Of a stretch of 64,000 nucleotides of DNA, positions 43,694 through 53,335 are shown one piece after another (the stretch's first letter is position 1; every line of letters begins with the position of its first letter). The position numbers and the translations under genes were made by a program. Source of the stretch: an uncultured Verrucomicrobiae bacterium (GTDB taxonomy: Bacteria; Verrucomicrobiota; Verrucomicrobiia; Chthoniobacterales; Terrimicrobiaceae); assembly GCA_963706955.1 (NCBI GenBank), contig CAVPOC010000002.1:160001-224000 (forward strand), given 5' to 3'. A model generated the notes under the pieces. It had not been told where the DNA came from and did not search any database. It saw only the letters and a program-made list of their open reading frames with translations.

Positions 43694-44523
43694 GCGACCT
43701 TGATGAGTTGCGCAGGAGAATCGATGCCATCGACGACGAACTTCTTCGCTTGCTCAATGAGCGCGCTGTGGTGGCCAAGGAAATCGGGGCCATCAAGAAC
43801 CGCGAGGGTCTTCCGATCTATTCTCCGGAACGAGAGGATCGAGTGATTCGCAGCCTGATCGAGCGGAGCGAAGGTCCTCTCACGCCCGAGGCGATCCGCG
43901 CCATCTATTGCGAAATCATGTCTGCGGCGCTCGCGGTGGAGAAGGATGTTGCCATCGCCTGTCTCGGACCCGCAGGTTCGCCGGCGCACCAAGCCGCGAA
44001 GAGTAAGTTCGGATCGAGCGTTCACTACATATTTCTCGCAACCACCGAAGACGTTTTTCGCGAAGTCAAACGCGACGGCGCGGACTGCGGTGTCGTGCCC
44101 ATTGATCATCCCGAGCACGGCCTGGCGAATCAAACGCTCGATCAACTCGCCGAAACCGAACTCTCCATCTGCGCCGAGATTTTTCTAGCCACAGAACGAA
44201 CCCCCCACAACGACTCGGCGCGTTTCTTCGTTCTCGGACGCATGGGGAATCCACCTTCCGGCAATGACACGACGATGCTCATGCTGCGGATCGAAGATAA
44301 GCCGGGCGCGCTAGTTTCCGCGCTCGAGCCTTTTAAGGCGCTCAACATCAATCTTAGCCACTTCGCGAGCAGACCGGCGGCTCACGGCAGCCAGGACATC
44401 TTTTTTTTCGTCGAAGCGGTCGGTCACACCCGGGACCTTCAAATGGCAGACCTTTTTCGCGAGCTCTCCAGAAGCTGCCGGGCTGTCAAGGTCATTGGCA
44501 GCTATCCGAAGGGCCACCTATGA
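43690..44523 (+). CDS. PheA-like protein: chorismate mutase plus shortened prephenate dehydratase-like domain plus ACT
   Basis: AroQ N-terminus LRRRIDAID...PERE; CLGPAGS; ACT DKPGAL..SRP..GSYP; only 277 aa. Confidence 0.85.
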   Translation: MSDLDELRRRIDAIDDELLRLLNERAVVAKEIGAIKNREGLPIYSPEREDRVIRSLIERSEGPLTPEAIRAIYCEIMSAALAVEKDVAIACLGPAGSPAHQAAKSKFGSSVHYIFLATTEDVFREVKRDGADCGVVPIDHPEHGLANQTLDQLAETELSICAEIFLATERTPHNDSARFFVLGRMGNPPSGNDTTMLMLRIEDKPGALVSALEPFKALNINLSHFASRPAAHGSQDIFFFVEAVGHTRDLQMADLFRELSRSCRAVKVIGSYPKGHL

Positions 44524-44615
44524 ACGTCTCTTCCCAGAATTGATCCGGAACCTTAGAGCTGAGCATAGCCAAGCTAAGCCAGCACTAATAACTATCTAGG
44601 TGAAGGGGATACCGT

Positions 44616-44675
44616 GTCGGGCGTTTGCGGCAAGCGCCCAGCGAACCCCACAGGCGCTTGGCACAAGCGCTCTCC
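44616..44675. repeat. Degenerate copy of the 204-264 REPIN
   Basis: GGGCGTTTGCGGCAAGCGCCCAGCGAACCCCACAGGCGCTTGGCACAAGCGCTCTCC aligns with 204-264, including the AGCGAA spacer. Confidence 0.7.
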
Positions 44676-44714
44676 AAACTTCCTAAGCAAATAGAGCTCC
44701 TTCAGTGGCGGCGC

Positions 44715-45249
44715 TTACTTCATGGCTGCCACGACGTGCCCGTCCGCATAGAGGCGGTTGGCACGATTAAAGTGGACCGGCTCAAAATCCATGCACAGGC
44801 GCATGCGAGCGGGATTTACTGTCCGGGCGCCGCCGCGCCGGCCATAAACAACCGGATTGACCTTTACTTCGCCGTCGAGCATCGGACGCCATTGATAGCT
44901 GCTGCCGCGGCTGCGAAAGTAGTTGCCCGCCTTCATGTCGCTCGGACATTGCAAGAGCTGCGGCGACACTCCGTAAGGGCCTAACTCTGCCAACATCGGC
45001 TGCGCTTCGTATTCAGGGTCATAGACGGGATCCGCCGGGATTTGGCTCAATAAACGGAAAGGTATTGTCGTTATCCGCAAGGTATGTGCTGACGGCGATT
45101 CCGATTTGTCTAAGATTATTCATGCAAGCGACACTCCGAGCACGCTCAACCACTCTTTGGTATTCCGGCCAGAGCAACGCGGCCAGGATTGCCGCTATGG
45201 CCATGACCAGGGTGAGTTCGGCCAGAGAAAAGGCGCAGTTTCTTTTCAC
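44715..45249 (-). CDS. Prepilin-type N-terminal cleavage/methylation protein with H-X9-DG motif (PVC type), +1 frameshift at ~45038
   Basis: AFSLAEL..V.AI..ILAALL.P, ARS..C.NNLRQIG, CPSD, HFNRANRLYADGHV. Confidence 0.85.
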
Positions 45250-46274
45250 GACTTTGTCGGCGCCCCCTTGATCTGCTCCTTTCGCCGGATGTAGTTGCGA
45301 TATCTCTGTTCGCGCTGTTCGGGCGTCCTTCGTGCATCGCGCGCGGCAGCTTGCTCCTCCATGCGCGCCTCGACGTCTGGGTTGTTGAGATGCTCCTCGA
45401 TCTTGGCGCGGCGCTCCGGCTCTGGAATTTGGCGGATCGACTCCCAGAACGTTCGCATTTCATTGAACTCCCCGCGAGCCTCCTCCTGTTGGTCTGGAGG
45501 CAGCACGGCGATGGCCGCTTCCGCTCGCTCGGCCGTCCACTCAAGATTCGGAGGTTGTGTTCTAGGTAGCGCGGAAAACAGCGTTCGCCCCGGCGGTCTT
45601 TCCGCTTCGACCTGCCCAGGTTGGCCATCAGTGCGGGGATGAACGGTCAAGAGGACGAGCTCCTTGGCGGTCCCTTTGGCCGTTCGGATCAGTTTCGCGG
45701 TCACCTTGCCTACTTCGCCCGCCGAGGGCAATTTGGTCAGCAACGGATTCCAGCCAAGAGGAACCGCAAAAAGTGCTCCAGTCTTCTGCGCACCTTGGTC
45801 GAGGAGTGTGTGGAGATTTCGATCAGGTGTTTGGCTGATTCTCCACTCCATTCGGCGAGGGTCCACAGCGGAAAGGTTGCCAACCATGAGCCTTCCCCCC
45901 CATGGCGCGGAAAAGACCATCCAGTCACCTGGATTTGCTCCCGAGGAGAAAGCCCTCAGCGCGGCTCGGATCTGCTCACTTGTTGGCGCCGCGACGTAGG
46001 CGAGCTTTGCGTTCGCGTTGATGCGCACGGCGAGCGTTTCGATCGCTTCAAAGAGTGGCGCTCGATTTAGTCGCATGGTCACCAGCGTGGCGGGATCGGC
46101 GTTCGTCGCGAACTCCACTCTCCCCTGACGCTCAATCGACTTGATTACGGTGGCCAGCGGCGCGTTAGTAAACGCCAAAGTAACGAGCCCGCGCTCCGTC
46201 CACCACCTCCACGCGAGCACCCCCATCGCAGACGCTGCAACGACGAGGAGTAGAGCGGTTCGTAACTTCCGCAT
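45246..46274 (-). CDS. Hypothetical membrane-anchored protein with a secretin-N/STN-like segment
   Basis: N-terminal TM; VTLAFTNAPLATVIKSIERQ; charged helical C-terminus; GTGA overlap with the prepilin gene. Confidence 0.55.
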   Translation of the reverse strand: MRKLRTALLLVVAASAMGVLAWRWWTERGLVTLAFTNAPLATVIKSIERQGRVEFATNADPATLVTMRLNRAPLFEAIETLAVRINANAKLAYVAAPTSEQIRAALRAFSSGANPGDWMVFSAPWGGRLMVGNLSAVDPRRMEWRISQTPDRNLHTLLDQGAQKTGALFAVPLGWNPLLTKLPSAGEVGKVTAKLIRTAKGTAKELVLLTVHPRTDGQPGQVEAERPPGRTLFSALPRTQPPNLEWTAERAEAAIAVLPPDQQEEARGEFNEMRTFWESIRQIPEPERRAKIEEHLNNPDVEARMEEQAAARDARRTPEQREQRYRNYIRRKEQIKGAPTKS

Positions 46275-46600
46275 CCCAAATTAACTCTCCCGGAAAGGCA
46301 AAGTTACAATCCTTCTTTCTTCGTTGTTCGAAGAATTTGCGGCTTGCATTGGGAGGCCCGGTGGACGATTTTTGCGCAAGCCTCAGTCGTTTAATGAAAT
46401 GCAAATACGATCCGCCGCGAACCTTTTGAAGTGGTTCAGGTGGCGGGTCTTCTGCATGGTTGTTCTCAGGTTTTCCGCCGGCAAGGAACCGGCTTCGGCG
46501 GAGAGATCGGCACCGCCTGAGGCCTCAACGGCGGCACCGCGCGTCCGAAGAAGTTTCCCTAGCCCTTCCGCGCCGTGCGCCACTGCCATATATCAAACCA

Positions 46601-47161
46601 ATGTCATCCGAACACACATCCGCCAGCGAGACCCGCTCCTCGAGAAAGGGCCGCCGCCGAGCTACCCGCTCCCGCAACCGTCAGGAAACGCCCGTGCCTT
46701 TGCCCCAGAAAGAAACCTGGTGGCAAAAGATAACCGCATTCTTGTTGGGCAAGAATACCCAAGCCGCACCGCCGAAGAGGTCGCTGGAGAAGTCCGACTT
46801 CGGCAACGGCGACACCGCCGCCGCTAAGCGGCCCGTCCGTTCCGCTGGGTTCAGAAAACCGGAAACTGTCGAGGTTTCGTCGCCTCGCATCTACGTAGGC
46901 AACTTGTCTTTTGAGGCGACTGAGGGCGATCTCTCCGAGCTGTTCAGCGGCGTCGGGACGGTGCAAAACGTAGAGATCGTTTCCAATAGGCATACGCACA
47001 AATCGAAGGGATTCGCTTTCGTGCAAATGCAAACCATCGACGAGGCGAAACGCGCCGTCGCCGAATTGCATGATAAAGACTACATGGGTCGCAAGCTGGT
47101 CGTGAGCGGCGCCAAGGCCGTCGACGAAAAGCGCGGCGAGCGTCGCCATTCTGAGCAGTAG
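46601..47161 (+). CDS. RRM (RNP-1) RNA-binding protein with basic disordered N-terminal extension
   Basis: RNP2 IYVGNL, RNP1 KGFAFVQM; ATG at 46601. Confidence 0.9.
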   Translation: MSSEHTSASETRSSRKGRRRATRSRNRQETPVPLPQKETWWQKITAFLLGKNTQAAPPKRSLEKSDFGNGDTAAAKRPVRSAGFRKPETVEVSSPRIYVGNLSFEATEGDLSELFSGVGTVQNVEIVSNRHTHKSKGFAFVQMQTIDEAKRAVAELHDKDYMGRKLVVSGAKAVDEKRGERRHSEQ

Positions 47162-48050
47162 GACACCGATCATTGTTGCCGGACCCACCGGGGTCGGCAA
47201 AACCTCTTTCGCCGTCGAGCTGGCAACCCGGTTCGACGGCGAAATCATTAGTGCGGATGCCTTCCAGGTTTACCTTGGCATGGAAATCCTTACTGCGCAG
47301 CCTGAGGAAAGGCTGCTTCGTGCGGTTCCTCACCATTTGGTCGGATTTCTATCGCCTGAGAAGTCCTTTGATGCTTCTCGCTTCGCAGATCTCGCACGCG
47401 AGAAGGTTGGCGAAATTCTCGAGCGTGGAAAACTGCCGATTATCGCGGGTGGTTCGGGACTTTACATCAAAGCATTTACGCACGGCTTTGCCGAGTTGCC
47501 GACAGGAGACGCGTCTCTTCGTTCAGAGCTCGCGAAACTTTCCGATCCCCAGCTGCAGGAGTTCTTGAAAGCGGTAGACCCGTTGACGAAGGTCGAATTG
47601 CAAAATCGCAGGCGGGTCTCCCGCGCACTCGAGATCTCGCTCGTTGCCGGTCGACCCGCTTCGGAGCTGCGCAGCCAATGGCAGACCACCGCAACAGCGA
47701 ACTTCCGCGGCATGCTGCTTATTCGGGAACGCACCGAGCTTTACGGCCGCATCTCCGAAAACGTCCGCGCAATGTTCCAACGCGGAGTGGTTACGGAAAT
47801 CGCCAAGATTTCAACGATCGGTCCGACGGCGGGAATGGCCATCGGGTTGCGGGAACTCGAAGCGCTGCGACGTGGCGAATTATCGGAGAGCCAATGCATT
47901 GAAGCGGTCACCCTCGCAACCCGTCGCTATGCCAAAAGGCAATTGACCTGGTTTCGCAATCAATTTAACTTCAAACATATCGATTTGACTGGCCTTCGCG
48001 ATACGTCTGAGATTCCTCCTCCCGCCTTGGAATTCCTGGGTGCTGCATAA
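47151..48050 (+). CDS. miaA: tRNA dimethylallyltransferase
   Basis: In-frame upstream of the listed ORF: IIVAGPTGVGKT...EIISADAFQVY; then PHHL, GGSGLY, TRRYAKRQLTWF; probable CTG start at 47151. Confidence 0.93.
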   Translation: MSSRTPIIVAGPTGVGKTSFAVELATRFDGEIISADAFQVYLGMEILTAQPEERLLRAVPHHLVGFLSPEKSFDASRFADLAREKVGEILERGKLPIIAGGSGLYIKAFTHGFAELPTGDASLRSELAKLSDPQLQEFLKAVDPLTKVELQNRRRVSRALEISLVAGRPASELRSQWQTTATANFRGMLLIRERTELYGRISENVRAMFQRGVVTEIAKISTIGPTAGMAIGLRELEALRRGELSESQCIEAVTLATRRYAKRQLTWFRNQFNFKHIDLTGLRDTSEIPPPALEFLGAA

Positions 48051-49333
48051 TGCCGGACGCTCATCCGCAACTTAAAGAAAAGGCCATTCTTGTCGGACTC
48101 GAACGCGAAGGGGTTAGCCGCTGGGACGTTGAGGATTCTTTGAGCGAGTTGCGTCAACTCGCCGCCACTGCGGGTGCGCAAGTTGTCGACACGGTGGTCC
48201 AAAAATTGGAAAAGCCGACCGCGCCATTTTACATCGGCAAAGGGAAAGCTGAAGAGGTCGCCCGGCAGTGCGGAGAAAAACAGGTGACGTCGTTGATTTT
48301 CGATGACGAGCTGTCGCCTGCACAGGGACGCAATCTCGAACAATTGACCAGTCGAAAGGTCTTGGACCGGACGCAGCTCATCCTGGATATTTTCGCCCGT
48401 CGCGCGCGCACCAGGGAAGGCCGTCTGCAAATTGAGCTCGCGCAACTGCAATATCTTCTCCCGCGTCTTACCAGGATGTGGACCCACCTGTCGCGTCAAA
48501 CAGGAGGGATTGGAACACGCGGCCCCGGCGAGACACAACTCGAAGTTGATCGACGGCGCGTCCAAGAGCGCATCGCGCGTCTGGAACGCGACCTGCGAGG
48601 CGTCCGCAAGAATCGCACAGTCCAACGTGAGGGGCGGCTTCGCCGGAACTGGCCTGTGGCCTCATTGGTCGGATACACAAACGCCGGCAAATCGTCGCTT
48701 CTCAATAGTCTTACCGGAGCCGGAGTCGTCGCCGAGGATCGACTTTTCGCGACACTCGACCCGACCACGCGACAAGTTGTTCTCCCGAATCGGCAGAAGG
48801 TCTTGCTGACAGACACGGTTGGCTTCATCCGGAAACTTCCCCATACGGTGATCGAGTCGTTCAAGGCCACCCTGGAAGAGGTTCAGTTGGCGGATCTGCT
48901 CATTCACGTCGTCGATATCAGCCATCCTCAATATCGGGAGCAAATGCTCGCGGTAGAGGAGACCATTGCGGAACTCGGCGCCGATGGCAAACAGACGCTC
49001 ATCGTTTTCAACAAGATCGACCGGGTAGCGGATCGGGAGATAGTCAAGAGCCAGCTTCGCCACCATCCTGGCAGTGTCGCTATTTCGGCGCACACCAAAG
49101 AGGGTATGGACACGTTCTTTCAAGAACTCGAAGTGCGGCTCGGTTCCTGGCGCTTGCGGGTTGAGTTTCAAATTCCCACTACCGAGTCGGCCTTGCTTGC
49201 GGAGGTGCACCGCGTCGGTCACGTCTTAAACATCACCTACGAAGGCGACCTGGCTATCGTAACCGCACACGTGCCGCCAGAGCTGAAGTCCAGGCTGGCC
49301 CCCTATGAAAAGGATGGCGATCCTTATGCCTAG
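48050..49333 (+). CDS. hflX: GTPase HflX
   Basis: LIL DIFARRA, GPGETQLE, GYTNAGKS, LFATLDPT, DTVGFI, NKID. Confidence 0.97.
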   Translation: MPDAHPQLKEKAILVGLEREGVSRWDVEDSLSELRQLAATAGAQVVDTVVQKLEKPTAPFYIGKGKAEEVARQCGEKQVTSLIFDDELSPAQGRNLEQLTSRKVLDRTQLILDIFARRARTREGRLQIELAQLQYLLPRLTRMWTHLSRQTGGIGTRGPGETQLEVDRRRVQERIARLERDLRGVRKNRTVQREGRLRRNWPVASLVGYTNAGKSSLLNSLTGAGVVAEDRLFATLDPTTRQVVLPNRQKVLLTDTVGFIRKLPHTVIESFKATLEEVQLADLLIHVVDISHPQYREQMLAVEETIAELGADGKQTLIVFNKIDRVADREIVKSQLRHHPGSVAISAHTKEGMDTFFQELEVRLGSWRLRVEFQIPTTESALLAEVHRVGHVLNITYEGDLAIVTAHVPPELKSRLAPYEKDGDPYA

Positions 49334-49344
49334 CTCCCCAAACC

Positions 49345-49842
49345 GTGATTCCCCTCAGGTCCCATCTTCTAATCTTGTTGTCGCTTTGGTTAGGTGCGTG
49401 CGCCACCGAGGTGACCCCACAACGCAAGAAGACTTCTCTCTACGATCCAAAGCCGATCCACGTGCAAACCGGGATCGCCTCGTGGTATAGGGATCACCGC
49501 ACCGCCAGCGGTGAGCGCTTTAATGTAAACGCCATGGCTGCGGCCCACCGCACGCTCCCGTTCGGATCGAAGGTGCGCGTAATCGACCTGAGAACGGGCC
49601 AATCGGTGATCGTGAGGATCAACGATCGCGGGCCCTACATTCGAGGGCGTATCATCGATCTGACCGTGGGCGCAGCGCGAGAACTTGGCACCTACCATCG
49701 CGGAATTGCCCGCGTGCGCATCGAGGTGCTTAGGGAAATCCCCGTCCTCGAAAAGCCGAACCTGCGCACCGCCGCCTCCCCAACGAAACGCAAAAAAGCG
49801 GCGCCGTCGAATCCCTTCGCTTTCCTGTTTGCCGAGCGGTAA
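49345..49842 (+). CDS. rlpA: Septal ring lytic transglycosylase RlpA-family lipoprotein
   Basis: Lipobox LGAC; G.ASWY, TASGE, AAHRTLPFG, INDRGP, RIIDL. Confidence 0.92.
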   Translation: MIPLRSHLLILLSLWLGACATEVTPQRKKTSLYDPKPIHVQTGIASWYRDHRTASGERFNVNAMAAAHRTLPFGSKVRVIDLRTGQSVIVRINDRGPYIRGRIIDLTVGAARELGTYHRGIARVRIEVLREIPVLEKPNLRTAASPTKRKKAAPSNPFAFLFAER

Positions 49843-49843
49843 C

Positions 49844-50227
49844 TTAACCGCTCGTGGCGAGAGATGTTTGCTCTTTCCAGCGAGTCTCTGGTTGTAGGTT
49901 GATCTCTTCGAGCTTCACCTTGAAACCACACGAGGCCATCAGGTAGGCAATCCCTTCACGACTTTCCATGGTCTCCTTTAAGCTGCGACCGAAGATCTCA
50001 ACATATTCCTTATAGCTCTCCAGAGCCAGGCGGCCTTCCGAAACATGCTTAGCAAGCTCTTCATCGTGATTCTCAATCAAATTGAACAATCCGCGGCGCA
50101 GCCTGGCTCGCATGACCGGATCAACGACGAGCTTAAACGGATTAGCTGCAGGATCTGATGCGCCGACGCGATCAACAACATCCAGCGTCAGCGTGGCTGG
50201 AGAGGTTTCAACAGATTTCTCGTTCAT
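49844..50227 (-). CDS. Hypothetical protein
   Basis: Protein-like ORF filling the gap; no recognised motif. Confidence 0.5.
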   Translation of the reverse strand: MNEKSVETSPATLTLDVVDRVGASDPAANPFKLVVDPVMRARLRRGLFNLIENHDEELAKHVSEGRLALESYKEYVEIFGRSLKETMESREGIAYLMASCGFKVKLEEINLQPETRWKEQTSLATSG

Positions 50228-50409
50228 CCTGCCAATTCAATCCGGTGAACTGCGAAAGGCAAGTGAATGCAGAAATTGTTCCCCCGTATTCTTCCCGGTG
50301 TTTCACGATGCCGCCTGCAACCTTTCTTCAACGAAGAAGGGGAGCGATCTGCCGGGTGAAATTGACATAACTGTTGACTGGTCCTGGGGGATGCTAACAT
50401 TGGACAGTC

Positions 50410-51153
50410 ATGCGCCTTTCGCACAAGCTCAAGAAGCTGATCAATCGCGACGCTTACGATAGCGCCAAAGCCACGCTCTTGAGACTGTCATATCCGCTCG
50501 ATCCAAAGCCGTTCATCGACGCGATCGATCGCGATGCGTTTAACGCAATCAAGGAGCGCTACTTCAACCCACACGATAGCGTCTCGCCAAAGAAGTATCT
50601 CAATCTGGAGAATTGGATGCGCACCAATGTGAAGCGCGTGCGTGATCTGCGCATCCGAAAGGCTCCTCCGTGCTTACGTATTCTGGACATCGGCTGCGGC
50701 TCGGGATATTTCCTGCACATCACCAAGTGCCTCGGTCATGATGTGCTTGGCATGGACCTGGACAACGAACCGATCTTTCGCGAGACGATTGCGTTGCTCG
50801 GCCTCAAACGAATCATCCACCGGATCGGGGCTTTGCAACGACTTCCGGATACCGGAGCGCCCTTCGATCTGATCACCGCCCACATGACTCGATTCAACTG
50901 GCACGAGGATGAAACCCCTTGGGGAACTGCTGAATGGGAATTCTTCCTCAACGATCTCGCCTCGCGGCTCACATCACGTGGCCGTGTGCAATTCGATCTG
51001 AATGCTCTGCCCGATGGTCGCCACATGGAAGCCGATCTCAGGGAATTCTTCCTGGCCCAGGGAGCACGCATTGACCGTCGGCGAATCCATCTGCAAGCTC
51101 CACTCGCGAAACAACCCCAAAAACTTGGCCGCCTAAAGACCAAGCACGCGTAA
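50410..51153 (+). CDS. Class I SAM-dependent methyltransferase
   Basis: ILDIGCGSG motif I, LGMD, FDLIT. Confidence 0.85.
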   Translation: MRLSHKLKKLINRDAYDSAKATLLRLSYPLDPKPFIDAIDRDAFNAIKERYFNPHDSVSPKKYLNLENWMRTNVKRVRDLRIRKAPPCLRILDIGCGSGYFLHITKCLGHDVLGMDLDNEPIFRETIALLGLKRIIHRIGALQRLPDTGAPFDLITAHMTRFNWHEDETPWGTAEWEFFLNDLASRLTSRGRVQFDLNALPDGRHMEADLREFFLAQGARIDRRRIHLQAPLAKQPQKLGRLKTKHA

Positions 51154-51184
51154 ACTTCCGGACGAGTGGTCGGGAGGAAGCAGG

Positions 51185-51589
51185 ATGGATCTCAATCTCA
51201 AGATCGCCGGCGTTCATCATGTGGCGATCATCTGCTCAAACTACGAGGAGTCTCGGCACTTCTACAGCGAGATGCTTGGTCTGACGATTGTTTCGGAGAC
51301 GTATCGGGCAGATCGCGATTCCTACAAGATCAACCTGGCACTTCCCGACGGCCGCCAAATCGAGCTCTTTTCATTTCCACAGCCGCCCCCGCGCGCTTCA
51401 TATCCGGAAGCATGTGGATTGCGCCATCTCGCGTTTGCTGTCGGCGATCTCGATGATGCGGTGAACGCTCTTACAGCTCGGGGCATTGCTCTCGAAGAGG
51501 TGCGCATCGATGAGCTCACCGGAAAACGCTTCACGTTCTTTGCAGATCCCGATGGACTCCCTCTCGAACTCTACGAGGAGCGTGGCTGA
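51185..51589 (+). CDS. VOC family protein (YaeR/YwkD glyoxalase-like)
   Basis: HHVAIICS.Y..S..FY, IELFSFP, GLRHLAF, FFADPDGLPLELYE. Confidence 0.92.
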   Translation: MDLNLKIAGVHHVAIICSNYEESRHFYSEMLGLTIVSETYRADRDSYKINLALPDGRQIELFSFPQPPPRASYPEACGLRHLAFAVGDLDDAVNALTARGIALEEVRIDELTGKRFTFFADPDGLPLELYEERG

Positions 51590-51746
51590 GAAGATTTCGC
51601 CGACTCGCAATGATCAAGTTGCTCTCGCTTGCGGCCGGGGCCTGCCTCGAGAATTTCTCAGTCATCTCGCGCGAATCCCGCAGTGATACTGTTGGTGCAC
51701 GGGTCGCCCCGGTGGCTCTGGCTTGTCCGCGTTTTCACAACGAACT

Positions 51747-51804
51747 GTAGCGACGGTGTCCTCACCGCCGAGGGCTCGGTCGGCGATGGGGACATCGCCG
51801 CTAC
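51747..51804. repeat. GTAG-type REP doublet, second sequence family
   Basis: GTAGCGACGGTGTCCTCACCGCCG, 10-nt spacer, inverted copy (reverse complement GTAGCGGCGATGTCCCCATCGCCG); between convergent genes. Confidence 0.75.
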
Positions 51805-51827
51805 AGGATTGCGCTGTCAGCCGCGCT

Positions 51828-53207
51828 CTAGAAGTGTATCGCGTGGCCGTGGGAGGCATGGGCGGCCTCGTGGACGGCTTCGCTCAGAGTGGGATGAGCG
51901 TGAATGGTGGCGGTGATTTCCTCGTAAGTTGCCTCCAACGAGATCGCCAGGCCCAGTTCGGCGATCATTTCTGTCGCGTCGGCGCCGATGATGTGGGCGC
52001 CGAGAATTTCGCCATGTGGCTCGCCCACGAGGAGTTTCACGAAACCGTCTGGCTCCCCGACCGCCAGAGCTTTGCCACTCGCCAAAAATGGGAACTTGCC
52101 GACCCGATACTTGAGGCCCTTATCCTTGGCTGCCCGCTCGGTAAGTCCCACGCTCGCGACCTGCGGCTGGCAATAGGTACAGCCGGGAAATGACTCTACT
52201 CTCCGGGGCTTCGTGACACCGAACATACCTTCGACAGCTTGAACTGCCTCAAAGCTGGCCACATGGGCGAGCCAGGGCGGACCGATGATGTCTCCCGCAG
52301 CATAGACTCCCTTTAGGCTCGTTTCGTAGTTTTCGTTCGTCGTGAGCCAACCCTTTGGATCGGTTTCAAGTTTGGCGCCCGCCGGAAGGAGGGGACTGAC
52401 TCCAATCGCCACCAACGCGATGCTGGCCTCGACCGTCTCCGAGCTCTTGCCCGAGAGCGTCAGCTTCACGCCCCGGTTAGTCGTTTCAGCTTTCTCCACC
52501 TTGGTGCCCGCGAGAATCTTGAGCCCCTGCTTGGTAAGAGATTTCTCCAGAGCGACGCTGACCTCGGTATCCTCCACCGGAAGAACGTTCGGCAACATTT
52601 CTATCACCGTCACCTTGGTGCCGAAGGCGTTGAAAAAGTAGGCAAATTCGATGCCGATCGCGCCAGCTCCGATAACAATAATATCCTTGGGCTGCTCGGG
52701 CAACACCATCGCCTGTTTGCTGCCGATGACGGAGGTTCCGTTGAAAGGAAATCCTGGCATCTCTCGGCTCACGACACCGGTGGCGATTAGAATATTCTTG
52801 CCCTTGATCTCCTTCTTCTTCCCGTCCTTGTCAGTCGCCTCAACCACACCGGCCTTGGGAATGGCGGCAGTCCCGCGCAGGTAATCGATCTTGTTCTTCT
52901 TGAAGAGCATCTCGATGCCACCGGCGAGCTTGTCGGCAACTCTCCGGCTGCGGCCGATGATCTTGTCCCATTCGAAACTCACTCCATCGATCTTCAGGCC
53001 GAAATCGCCCGCATGGTGGGTCAGCAGCTGATAAACCTCCGCGTTCTTGAGGAGAGATTTTGTGGGAATACAACCCCAGTTGAGACACGTTCCGCCCGCC
53101 CGATCCATCTCCACGCAGGCGACCTTCTTGCCAAGTTGCCCGGCGCGAATTGCTCCGACATATCCGGCTGGTCCGCCGCCAACAACAATCAAATCATAAT
53201 CGGCCAT
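51828..53207 (-). CDS. lpdA: Dihydrolipoamide dehydrogenase (E3)
   Basis: GGGPAG, GGTCLNWGCIPTK, GAGAIG, HAHPTLSE. Confidence 0.97.
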   Translation of the reverse strand: MADYDLIVVGGGPAGYVGAIRAGQLGKKVACVEMDRAGGTCLNWGCIPTKSLLKNAEVYQLLTHHAGDFGLKIDGVSFEWDKIIGRSRRVADKLAGGIEMLFKKNKIDYLRGTAAIPKAGVVEATDKDGKKKEIKGKNILIATGVVSREMPGFPFNGTSVIGSKQAMVLPEQPKDIIVIGAGAIGIEFAYFFNAFGTKVTVIEMLPNVLPVEDTEVSVALEKSLTKQGLKILAGTKVEKAETTNRGVKLTLSGKSSETVEASIALVAIGVSPLLPAGAKLETDPKGWLTTNENYETSLKGVYAAGDIIGPPWLAHVASFEAVQAVEGMFGVTKPRRVESFPGCTYCQPQVASVGLTERAAKDKGLKYRVGKFPFLASGKALAVGEPDGFVKLLVGEPHGEILGAHIIGADATEMIAELGLAISLEATYEEITATIHAHPTLSEAVHEAAHASHGHAIHF

Positions 53208-53335
53208 AACATCATTCTAGTGTTCCGACAGATTGATCAGAATTCCGCCACCAGGGCAAACGAATCTCTTCCGGCGCAGGCGGTTGTTTCCGCCGATGCT
53301 GCGCTTGCGCGCGCACGAACTAGTCGCGCGCCTAG

